A stretch of DNA of 49,738 bases, taken from contig SVGX01000004.1 of NCBI GenBank assembly GCA_015056105.1, positions 1 to 49,738 on the forward strand, written 5' to 3'. The DNA comes from Clostridiales bacterium (GTDB lineage Bacteria; Bacillota; Clostridia; Christensenellales; CAG-138). Shown in pieces: positions 18,489-26,292 of this stretch. Each line of letters starts with the position of its first letter. The first letter of the stretch is position 1. Both the position numbers and the translations under genes were made by a program. Below the pieces are notes generated by a model. That model was not told the DNA's origin and searched no databases. It saw only the letters and a list, made by a program, of their open reading frames with translations.

Positions 18489-19402
18489 AACGCTTTGAAG
18501 TTGCCCTTGATATCAGCCGATCCATTTCAAACCGCGCTTTTACGGTGGTGGAAGGCGATACGGGCAACCTTCTGCACATTACCCTTACCGACAACGGCAT
18601 GCCGGTGGACCTCACCGGCTGCCGTGTGCTGGCGGTCTTTTCAAAATCCAACGGCACCTCCTCCCAGGACAGCGGCGTGGAAGAAGGCGGCGTGAGCCTT
18701 GGCGGCAAAAGCGGGAACGAGGTGACCATCTCCCTTTTCAACAGCTCTTTCGCACCGGGCATGGTGGAATGTGAACTGCAGGTGTATTCCGGAGAGGACC
18801 GCATGACCCTTGTGACGAGCGCAAAGTTCAATTTCAACTGCAGGCGCGGCATACTCAACGGGGAAACGGTACAATCCACCGGCGATTATCCGGTGCTTGT
18901 GGCGCTGATCGCCGAGACGGAAAAAGCGGCGGCGGCAGCCTATGCGGCTGCTGCCGCCACAGGACAGGCTGCCCATGCATCGCGCCATGCAGCAGGCGGC
19001 ACAGACCCCCTGACGCCTGCAGCCATCGGTGCGGCCACGGCGGAGCACACGCACGCACCCGCAACCATCGGTGCGGCCGCAGCGGAGCATACGCACACGC
19101 CTGCTGCCATCGGTGCGGCCGCAGCACCCATCATTGCCGCAAACGTTGCGGTGGAACTGAGCTGTTGGGCGGACGATGCCACCTTCGCTGCATACCCTTA
19201 CCGGGCGGCGGTTCCTGTGAGCGCCGCAAAAGAAGGAATGTATGCATATGTATCCTTCGACGCTGCGGAATCCGACAGCGGCGCTTACGCAAAGCAGACA
19301 GCGGCGTATGAAGGCGGCGTTTACATCTATGCCAATGCACTGCCTGCAACGACCATCACGCTGTTGACGGTGCTGCTGATCCCCGTTGGAGGTGCCGTAT
19401 GA
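18467..19402 (+). CDS. BppU/DUF2479-like fibre-anchoring protein with His-x-His repeats
   Basis: VVEGDTGNLLHITLTDNGMPVDLTG...F.KSNG...GMVECELQVY...TSAKFNF; HASRHAAGGTDPLTPAAIGA and HTH repeats. Confidence 0.8.
   Translation: MGEREVLKRFEVALDISRSISNRAFTVVEGDTGNLLHITLTDNGMPVDLTGCRVLAVFSKSNGTSSQDSGVEEGGVSLGGKSGNEVTISLFNSSFAPGMVECELQVYSGEDRMTLVTSAKFNFNCRRGILNGETVQSTGDYPVLVALIAETEKAAAAAYAAAAATGQAAHASRHAAGGTDPLTPAAIGAATAEHTHAPATIGAAAAEHTHTPAAIGAAAAPIIAANVAVELSCWADDATFAAYPYRAAVPVSAAKEGMYAYVSFDAAESDSGAYAKQTAAYEGGVYIYANALPATTITLLTVLLIPVGGAV
19013..19126 (+). repeat. 42-bp tandem repeat, about 2.7 copies
   Basis: CCATCGGTGCGGCC recurs at 19023, 19065 and 19107; encodes PAAIGAAxAEHTHx. Confidence 0.9.
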
Positions 19403-19791
19403 TCTTTGGCATGACAAACGCAGGCGCAGGCGGCGGATTGAAGCTTGTGACGGGCAGTTTCACTTCGAGTAACACGGAAACCCAGGAAAAGTTTACTGTA
19501 TCCGGTCTTACCTTTGAACCGAAAATCGTTGCCATCAGGCGCACAAGCCTCACCGATGGAGATGCTGTCGGCGGTAACAACATGCTGATTTGTGCATTTT
19601 CCGATCTTGAGACAAACATAGGCTTTTGCGGATACGGCATTTCAGGTTCTGGCACGGTGAAAACATCGAGTGCTTTGACGGTATCGGGCTGCAATGGTAC
19701 ATATACCGTAACTTCGTCAACGTATCCCTTTTCCTATGTTGCTTTCGGCAAAGCGAACTATGGCAAATACACATATTACATCTACGGATAA
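19399..19791 (+). CDS. Putative tail-fibre tip / receptor-binding subunit
   Basis: ATGA coupling; Gly-rich N-terminus (GAGGG); Thr/Ser/Tyr-rich; visibly more AT-rich than its neighbours. Confidence 0.55.
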   Translation: MIFGMTNAGAGGGLKLVTGSFTSSNTETQEKFTVSGLTFEPKIVAIRRTSLTDGDAVGGNNMLICAFSDLETNIGFCGYGISGSGTVKTSSALTVSGCNGTYTVTSSTYPFSYVAFGKANYGKYTYYIYG

Positions 19792-19803
19792 GGGGTGAAC
19801 GGC

Positions 19804-20136
19804 ATGGCATTTGTGAGGTGGGTATTTTATGACACCGAAGGCAATGTGAAATATGAAGGCATGCAGGAAGGCAGCTTCCGCCATATCCCTGCGGCGGATG
19901 TGGCGGCATCCTTCGGACTGACGGATGTAAGGTGCATGGAATGGCGGCAGAAAGATCCTGCCGTTGAAGCGGCGTTTGCCGACACAGATGAGAACGGGGC
20001 GCTCCGGCACGTGGAGGTGTCCGTGGACGTGAGCGGAAACGAACCGAAACTCGTGTTTGCCTACACGCCCGTGGAGGAGACGGAAAGGGATGACCCCTAT
20101 GCGATCATTGATATTCTGACAGGAGGTGAAGCCTGA
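19804..20136 (+). CDS. Hypothetical phage protein (possible fibre assembly factor)
   Basis: Acidic small ORF in the fibre module, ending IIDILTGGEA, coupled to the next gene. Confidence 0.65.
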   Translation: MAFVRWVFYDTEGNVKYEGMQEGSFRHIPAADVAASFGLTDVRCMEWRQKDPAVEAAFADTDENGALRHVEVSVDVSGNEPKLVFAYTPVEETERDDPYAIIDILTGGEA

Positions 20137-20564
20137 TGGCAGTAAGGACTATGGAAGAAGCCCGTGCATGGCGGGCAAGGATGGAGAACCTGACGAAGGA
20201 AGCAACGGATGCGACCGCTTCCACCATGCCGGAAGCCTTTCCGAAGCTGAAGGGTGACGGAAGCCTTGTAAGGGCCGGTACCCGCATCAACTGGCATGGC
20301 ATGCTGAAGCGTGCTGCCGCAGACCTGTGGGACACGGCGGAAAACACGCCGGAAAATGCGCCCTCGCTGTGGGAGGATATCGACTATAGGGACGGCATCC
20401 GCATCATCCCCGATTTGATCACAGCGGGCACGGCCTTCCAAAAGGGTGAACTTGGCTGGTGGGGCGATGCTGTTTATCGCTCCGTGCATGACGGCGCAAA
20501 CGTGTGGACGCCCGAAGAGTATCCTGCCGCATGGGAAAAAGCGGAGGAGGAAGGTGATGTATGA
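20136..20564 (+). CDS. Phage protein with a CBM5/12-like tryptophan module
   Basis: PENAPSLWEDI, FQKGELGWWGDAVYRS...NVWTPEEYPAAWE. Confidence 0.7.
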   Translation: MAVRTMEEARAWRARMENLTKEATDATASTMPEAFPKLKGDGSLVRAGTRINWHGMLKRAAADLWDTAENTPENAPSLWEDIDYRDGIRIIPDLITAGTAFQKGELGWWGDAVYRSVHDGANVWTPEEYPAAWEKAEEEGDV

Positions 20565-21265
20565 TGCAGGGCTTTCTTGAATATTTGAAGGAACAGGTGG
20601 GCCGCTCCGTATATGTATGGGGCGGCCAGGGGGAGACGGAGATCACAGAAAAGTGGGTCCGCTCCCGGGAAAACAAGGAGGCAAATATCCTTCGGGTAAT
20701 GCGCTTTTACGAAGGCCTGCGATCAAAGGGGATATCTCCCATCCGGGCATACGATTGCAGCGGGCTGATCCTCCATTACTGGCAGGACAGGGTGGGTTTT
20801 TTCACATCGGATATGACGGCAGCCGGGCTTTTCCGGCTCTGCACGGCCCTTGAAAAGACAGCGCTGCAGCCGGGCGATCTTGTGTTTCGCCATAACGGCA
20901 CAGCCATTCACCATGTGGGTGTCTATATGGGCGACGGACAGGTGATCGAAGCGGAGGGAAGAGACAGAGGCGTTGTGGAGCGGCATATCGACGCGGGCGG
21001 AACAGGATACTGGAACCGCTTCGGCAGGCCGCCTTTTTTTGACCTCAAAAAGACGGATGACAGCTGCTTTGCCCGGGTGAAGGGCGATTCTGTGAACCTC
21101 AGGGCAGGCCCGGGGACGGAATATCCCATCGTAACGGTAACGCACCGCGGCGATCCGCTGCTTGCCCGGGCGGAACGGGAAGGCTGGTGTGAAACGGCGG
21201 CCATCGCCGGCGGCAAGATGCAGCGGGGCTACATGAGCGCAAAATATATCGAAAGAAACAAGTGA
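20561..21265 (+). CDS. Endolysin: NlpC/P60 peptidase with C-terminal SH3b domain
   Basis: YVWGG, YDCSGL, PGDLVF, HHVGVYMGDGQVIEA; SH3b VNLRAGPGTEY...GW...GYMSAKYI. Confidence 0.9.
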   Translation: MMQGFLEYLKEQVGRSVYVWGGQGETEITEKWVRSRENKEANILRVMRFYEGLRSKGISPIRAYDCSGLILHYWQDRVGFFTSDMTAAGLFRLCTALEKTALQPGDLVFRHNGTAIHHVGVYMGDGQVIEAEGRDRGVVERHIDAGGTGYWNRFGRPPFFDLKKTDDSCFARVKGDSVNLRAGPGTEYPIVTVTHRGDPLLARAEREGWCETAAIAGGKMQRGYMSAKYIERNK

Positions 21266-21278
21266 AAGGAGGGAGAGT

Positions 21279-21692
21279 ATGGAACGGATCGCGGACATTC
21301 TGAAACTTGCTGCGGCGGCGGCCGGCGCGGCGGCTTCTTATCTTTGGGGCCCCTTTGATGCGCTGATCTTGACGCTTGTGGCGGTGGTATGCATCGACTA
21401 CATCACGGGGATCGTAAAGGCGGTCATCCTTAAGGAGCTTTCGAGCGGCGTCGGATTTCGCGGGCTTCTTAAGAAGATGTTCATCTTTGCACTGGTGGCC
21501 CTTGCAACGGTCATCGATGGGATGATCCCCGCCGCAAAGGATGCCATCCGCACGGCGGTGATCGGCTTTTATGTGGCGAACGAGGGCATCAGCATCCTTG
21601 AAAACGCGGGCGCTATCGGGCTTCCCATGCCGAAGGCGCTCAAAGGCGCCCTTGAAAGGCTGCAGGAAGCCGGAGAAAATGCGCAAGAGTAA
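21279..21692 (+). CDS. Holin (Phage_holin_4_1, toxin secretion/phage lysis family)
   Basis: IDYITG, LSSGVGFRGLLKK, FYVANEGISILENAGAIGLPMP. Confidence 0.93.
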   Translation: MERIADILKLAAAAAGAAASYLWGPFDALILTLVAVVCIDYITGIVKAVILKELSSGVGFRGLLKKMFIFALVALATVIDGMIPAAKDAIRTAVIGFYVANEGISILENAGAIGLPMPKALKGALERLQEAGENAQE

Positions 21693-21785
21693 GGCGGTTT
21701 TGCGGCGAATGCACTTGTGTTCCCCGCGGGATTGGTCTTATAATAATTGAAAACAACGCAAACACAGCGGGCGGAGGAACAGCCA

Positions 21786-22715
21786 ATGCAGCAGCGGCAG
21801 CGCATCTTAACGGAATACAGGGCAAAACGGCAGGCGGCCATCGCTGCGGCGGCGGAAAACCGCGCCAAAGCGGAAGCGAAGCTGCCGCGTCTTCGCGAGA
21901 TCGAAGAGATGCAGCGGCGCCTTGCCTTTGCGCTTGGCCTGAAGCTTGTGACGGCTGCCGACAAGGATGCTGTGCGAAAGGATACCGAGACGCAGATCGC
22001 TGCCCTTGAACGGGAGGCGGAACTGCTGCTTGCGGATCACGGCATCGCCCCGGAAAGCCTTAAACCCCGGTTTGAATGTGAAATCTGCGAAGACACAGGC
22101 TTTGTGGGAGCGGAAAAACAGCCCTGCGCCTGTTTCAAAAAACGGCTGCTGCAGGCGGAATACGCATCCTCCGGCCTGGCGGAAAATGCCCGGTTCGCCC
22201 TTTTTGACGAAAGCATTTATCGGGATGAGACCCAGAAAAAACGCAGCCTCAAGGCAAAGCGCATTTTGGAGGAATATGCGCAAACACTTTCCTTCAACGA
22301 TGCAAAGGGGCTGATGCTGCTTGGCGCGGTAGGCGTGGGCAAGACCTTCCTTCTTGACTGCGTGGGCCATGCGGCCATGGAAAATGGGTTTACGGTAAAA
22401 AAATACACCGCGTACAATCTTGTCGATCGGATGCTGCAGGGCATCCGGGAGCGGGAAAGCGGCCTTGCGGCGCTGACAAAGCCTGATCTTCTGCTTATCG
22501 ATGATCTCGGCACGGAGCCCTTTATCCAGAACATCACATACGAAGGGCTTTTCGGCATTGTGAACGAAAGGCAGAATGCGGGCAAAGCCACTGCCATCGC
22601 CACGAACCTTTCCCCCAAAGAGATACTTGACGCATATGGCGAAAGACTGTTTTCAAGGCTCACATCCCCCCGGCTTTTCACGGTACTGGAACTCAAAGGG
22701 GAGAGCCTCCGCTGA
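21786..22715 (+). CDS. dnaC: DnaC/DnaI-like helicase-loader ATPase with zinc finger
   Basis: CEICEDTG...CAC zinc site, Walker A GAVGVGKT, LLLIDDLGTE, ATNL, YGERLFSRL; GGAGG RBS before ATG 21786. Confidence 0.88.
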   Translation: MQQRQRILTEYRAKRQAAIAAAAENRAKAEAKLPRLREIEEMQRRLAFALGLKLVTAADKDAVRKDTETQIAALEREAELLLADHGIAPESLKPRFECEICEDTGFVGAEKQPCACFKKRLLQAEYASSGLAENARFALFDESIYRDETQKKRSLKAKRILEEYAQTLSFNDAKGLMLLGAVGVGKTFLLDCVGHAAMENGFTVKKYTAYNLVDRMLQGIRERESGLAALTKPDLLLIDDLGTEPFIQNITYEGLFGIVNERQNAGKATAIATNLSPKEILDAYGERLFSRLTSPRLFTVLELKGESLR

Positions 22716-22721
22716 AAAGAG

Positions 22722-22769
22722 AAAGAAAAACGGAACCGTTTTTGACGGTTCCGTTCTTTTTTTGTTTTT
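22722..22769. terminator. Bidirectional intrinsic terminator
   Basis: AACGGAACCGT/ACGGTTCCGTT stem with A and T tracts. Confidence 0.9.
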
Positions 22770-22775
22770 GGAGTT

Positions 22776-23339
22776 TTAAGGATCCACCCGGAATGTATAC
22801 TGCGCCGTACCGAGATCATACACCGCATCGATCACATACAGGCAGGGGAGATCTTCCTCCGCAATATAAAGGCTGACGCTTTCCCCTACATCGCGGATCA
22901 CAGCGGGAACGCCTTCGCCATAGCTGCCGGAGAGACATTCCTCTTCGCTGTAGCGGCGGAGTGTGAAGCTTTCAAGGGTGTGGTAAAAGCTGAAGGTGAT
23001 TTTCCCTTCCGTTTTTCCCGCTTCGATGCGGGCAAGCCATTCTTCATTGAAGGAGGCGGCGGGATGGTCTCCGCAGGCGATGGCGGAGGCGGATGTCTCA
23101 TCATCCACCGGGTATTCCCATTCATAGGCGCCAAGGGTTGCATAGGTGCAGCTTGCCACTTCGCCGTAAACGGTGGCAAGGCCAACATTGGGCGGTGACG
23201 GCAGCGGATCGGCACTGCCTGCCCAGGCGATCTCCGCCGTGGCTTCCGTTGTTGTTTCCGCTGCCGGACAGCTTTCTGTGTGCGCACAGGCGGAAAGGTA
23301 CAGCGGCAGAACGAGCAGCAGGGCAAGAAATCGTTTCAT
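22776..23339 (-). CDS. Hypothetical lipoprotein
   Basis: MKRFLALLLVLPLYLSAC lipobox; GGAGGT RBS. Confidence 0.75.
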   Translation of the reverse strand: MKRFLALLLVLPLYLSACAHTESCPAAETTTEATAEIAWAGSADPLPSPPNVGLATVYGEVASCTYATLGAYEWEYPVDDETSASAIACGDHPAASFNEEWLARIEAGKTEGKITFSFYHTLESFTLRRYSEEECLSGSYGEGVPAVIRDVGESVSLYIAEEDLPCLYVIDAVYDLGTAQYTFRVDP

Positions 23340-23401
23340 GAAGAGACCTCCCGAAAAGTCAGTGTTGCCAATAACACGGGCGAAGGAAGAAAAAGGTTGC
23401 G

Positions 23402-24598
23402 TCAATCTTCGAGAAGATCGATGCCGATGGCGGCAAGTTCCGCATCGGAATAGGTGCGTTTTTTGTGATTGTGCGCCTTTGCAAGGCCGCTCTTCTTTTC
23501 GATGCTCTGCCCCTTTTCTTCCTTCTGTTTAAAGGTTTCCGCCTGCGCCACGGTGGCAACGCCCGCATCGTGCCAGGCGGTGAGAAGCTTTTTGATATTC
23601 CCGAAGGGCTGGGAAGATTCCCGGGAAAGATCCGCGGCATAAAGGATGAGCTCCGCGCTCATATGCCATGTTTCGTGCCATGTCTCGATTTGTTCTCGCT
23701 GGGAAAGGGTGGGGGTGCGTTTAAGCCCTGCCCGGGCGAACACCATGCGCGCAAGCTCTTCGGAAGCATCCCGGGCTTTTCTGAGCGCCGCGGCGGCTTC
23801 TTCCGTAATGACGCCGTTCATGCGGTATGTGGCGAGGATGGAATCAAGGTATTTGAAGCTGGGCTGGGCGCTCGATGTGGCATCGGCACAGGCATCGAGG
23901 ATGACGGATTCATCAAAACCCCATTCTTCCACCCACTTGGCGTAAAGGGCAAGCTCATCTTCCGTGGCGGCGCGGCTGCGCTTCCACCGCTGCAGGATGC
24001 GCTGTGCGCCGGCGCAGCGCTGCCGCTCCCGCGCAAAAAAGCGCTCCGCTTCCTCTGCGGTAACGACACCCGCGTTGGCAAGGCGCTTTGCGGCGTTGTT
24101 GAGCTGCCACATCTTCGCCCGGGTGCCGTACCTTGCAAGGCATTCCCTGACGCAGAGCACGGCCGCCGCTTCCTCAAAGCGAAAGGTCTCGATCCAATCG
24201 TAGATCTCGGAAAGCTCATAGCCGGAGAACATCCTTGTGCCTGCCGCATCCTGCAGCGCCGCCACAAGGGAAGCGTATTTGCGGGGCGCATCAGCCGGGG
24301 GGGCACCTGCGGCGCCCACGGGCAGGTATTCGACGGTAAGGGGATCTTCCGCCGCTACGTGGACAAGGCCCGCCGTCTGCCAATAGGCGAAAGCTTTTGC
24401 GACAGCTGCCGCATCCACGCCGAGGATGCCGCCAATATCGAGCGATGCCGCTTCCTTGCCGGGCACGGCGGAAAGCATGAGACCGAGAAGATAGACCTTC
24501 ACATGGCCTTCCGGGGCTTTCGGCATATGCTCCGTCAAAAAGATATTGCTGACGGCGGTAACATCAAGAAGCGGGGCGCGCTTGAGAAAAACGGACAT
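23402..24598 (-). CDS. dnaD: DnaD/DnaB-domain replication protein
   Basis: VSNIFLTEHMPKA...VKVYL N-terminus; three DnaD-like repeats (W..EWGF...I..A, FKYLDSIL, IKKLLTAWHDAGV). Confidence 0.85.
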   Translation of the reverse strand: MSVFLKRAPLLDVTAVSNIFLTEHMPKAPEGHVKVYLLGLMLSAVPGKEAASLDIGGILGVDAAAVAKAFAYWQTAGLVHVAAEDPLTVEYLPVGAAGAPPADAPRKYASLVAALQDAAGTRMFSGYELSEIYDWIETFRFEEAAAVLCVRECLARYGTRAKMWQLNNAAKRLANAGVVTAEEAERFFARERQRCAGAQRILQRWKRSRAATEDELALYAKWVEEWGFDESVILDACADATSSAQPSFKYLDSILATYRMNGVITEEAAAALRKARDASEELARMVFARAGLKRTPTLSQREQIETWHETWHMSAELILYAADLSRESSQPFGNIKKLLTAWHDAGVATVAQAETFKQKEEKGQSIEKKSGLAKAHNHKKRTYSDAELAAIGIDLLED

Positions 24599-24721
24599 AG
24601 GTTTTGCTCCCTTAACATGATTCTTCAAAAGGTGTGTTTCCATTATAAAGGGCAAAGGCCCGTTGCGCAATGCGATAAAAGTTCATTGTTTGCTCATATC
24701 TTCGCATGGTATACTGTAACC

Positions 24722-26227
24722 ATGAATATGAAAAAACGGCTGCATTCAAACTATCTTCTTTTGACACTTGCGGTGCTTGCGCTTGCGGCGGCGCTTCTTT
24801 TCCATGGGCGCAGCAGCCTTGCGGAGGAACGGCTTTGGGGCGTGATGGAGGAGGGCGGCACGCCGGAAGCGACCCCGGCGCCGGATTATGCTCCCATACC
24901 CGCCGCTTCCGCTTCCCGAGGCGAGCATGCGGAAAATCTTTACGAGGCAGAGCTGAAGGTGGACAGGGCCGGAAAACGCCTTGAAGGAAAGCTGCGCCTT
25001 ACCTATACGAACCGCACGGCAGATGTGCTGTATGTCATCAAGCTCAGGCTCCACGCCAACGATGCTGCCCCCGGCTCGCTTAAAATCAAGAGTGTTGCCG
25101 TGAATGGGGAACGCTCCTATTACACCCTTGACGGGGAAAAGGAAAGCATGCTTACGGTGCCGCTGCCCCTTGAGATCAAAAACGGGGAAGAGGCGGAAGT
25201 GTTTTTGACCTTTGACCTTGTATTCCCCGAGACCGGCGACCGTTTCGGCATCAACGATACCGGCGTGATGCTCGGCAACTTCCTGCCCATCGCGGCGGTC
25301 TACGAGGACGGCGCCTGGCGAAACGACCGCTATATTTCGGAGGGCGATGCTTTTTACAGCGAAACGGCGGATTACAGGATCGTGCTCACCTATCCGGATG
25401 ACCATACCGTTGCCCATACCGGCCGCCGGATAGAAGAAAGCCGGGATAACGTTTACGAAAGAAGCTGCTATATCACCGCTGCGCGGGCACGGGATTTCGC
25501 TCTTGCGCTGATCCCGGAAGGAAAGAAGGCCGAAGCGCCTGCCCTCGGCGGCAGGGTGACCGTGCATGCGGTGACGGCGTCCGAATCCAGCGCCGCTTTC
25601 GCGGCGGAGACCGCTGCAAAGGCCATCGACTTTTTCAGCGCAAAGATCGGCCTTTACCCCTATACGGACTTTTCCCTTGTGCCCTTTGACCGCACCGGCG
25701 GCATGGAATATCCCGGTCTTGTGATGATCGCCTCGCGTTACTTGCGGGAAAGCTACCGGGAAATGGGAGAGCTCGTCATCTTCCACGAGGCGGCGCACCA
25801 GTGGTTCTACGCCCTTGTGGGCAGCGACCAGATCAACGACCCGTGGCTGGATGAATCGCTGGTGGAATTCCTCGGCTTCCGCTGCTATGCGGATGTGCAC
25901 GGGGAGGAAGCGGCGGAAGAGCTCTGGCAGGAGCGCTTTGCGGATTACCGCAGTACGCCGCGCACATCCCGCCTTGATGCGGACCTGTATGCCTTTGAGC
26001 AAGAGGGCTACTTCATGACCGTCTATGCCCACGGTGCTGCCCTTTACAAGGCTCTTTATGAGGAACTGGGGGCGGATACCTTCTACGGTGCGCTGCGCAT
26101 TTACTTCGATGCCAACAGCTTTTCCGTTGCGGATATGGATGACCTGATCGCTGCCTTTGAGGAGGCATCGGGCAGAGATCTTACCGCCTGGTTTGAGGAG
26201 CGCATGGCGGCGGAGTATAGGTTTTAG
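24722..26227 (+). CDS. Secreted or membrane-anchored M1-family metallopeptidase
   Basis: N-terminal TM/signal, ARDF, GGMEYP, HEAAHQWFY, WLDES; the real start lies well inside the 920-aa ORF. Confidence 0.92.
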   Translation: MNMKKRLHSNYLLLTLAVLALAAALLFHGRSSLAEERLWGVMEEGGTPEATPAPDYAPIPAASASRGEHAENLYEAELKVDRAGKRLEGKLRLTYTNRTADVLYVIKLRLHANDAAPGSLKIKSVAVNGERSYYTLDGEKESMLTVPLPLEIKNGEEAEVFLTFDLVFPETGDRFGINDTGVMLGNFLPIAAVYEDGAWRNDRYISEGDAFYSETADYRIVLTYPDDHTVAHTGRRIEESRDNVYERSCYITAARARDFALALIPEGKKAEAPALGGRVTVHAVTASESSAAFAAETAAKAIDFFSAKIGLYPYTDFSLVPFDRTGGMEYPGLVMIASRYLRESYREMGELVIFHEAAHQWFYALVGSDQINDPWLDESLVEFLGFRCYADVHGEEAAEELWQERFADYRSTPRTSRLDADLYAFEQEGYFMTVYAHGAALYKALYEELGADTFYGALRIYFDANSFSVADMDDLIAAFEEASGRDLTAWFEERMAAEYRF

Positions 26228-26247
26228 GGAACAAGAAAGAAAAAACG

Positions 26248-26280
26248 ACAGCCCTGCGGCACTTGCCGCAGGGCTGTTTT
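26248..26280. terminator. Bidirectional intrinsic terminator
   Basis: ACAGCCCTGCGGCA/TGCCGCAGGGCTGT stem. Confidence 0.85.
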
Positions 26281-26292
26281 CTGCTTTTTGGC

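Larger units (their letters stand above)
13180..21692 (+). mobile_element. Phage-derived virion and lysis operon (podovirus-like; GTA-like or cryptic prophage), with no terminase, portal or integrase recognised
   Basis: 13 co-oriented, closely spaced ORFs, including an N4-gp56 capsid, BppU-like protein, NlpC/P60 lysin and holin. Confidence 0.9.

Noticed and set aside
19399-20564. Possible diversity-generating retroelement target or invertible fibre cassette
   Set aside because: No reverse transcriptase, recombinase, template/variable repeat pair or flanking inverted repeats seen in the window
13180-21692. Interpretation as a complete prophage, tailocin, encapsulin or PICI
   Set aside because: No integrase, repressor, terminase or portal (not complete, not a PICI); it has a capsid but no tube, sheath or tape measure (not a tailocin); it has tail and lysis genes (not an encapsulin). 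A decayed prophage is not excluded.
21786-22715. IstB ATPase of an IS21 element
   Set aside because: No IstA transposase or terminal repeats; the N-terminal coiled coil and zinc finger, with nearby dnaD, fit the clostridial DnaC type
23465-24721. N-terminal 419 codons of the 920-aa ORF, suggesting a large fusion peptidase
   Set aside because: This part is antisense to dnaD; the M1 peptidase signal sequence begins at 24722
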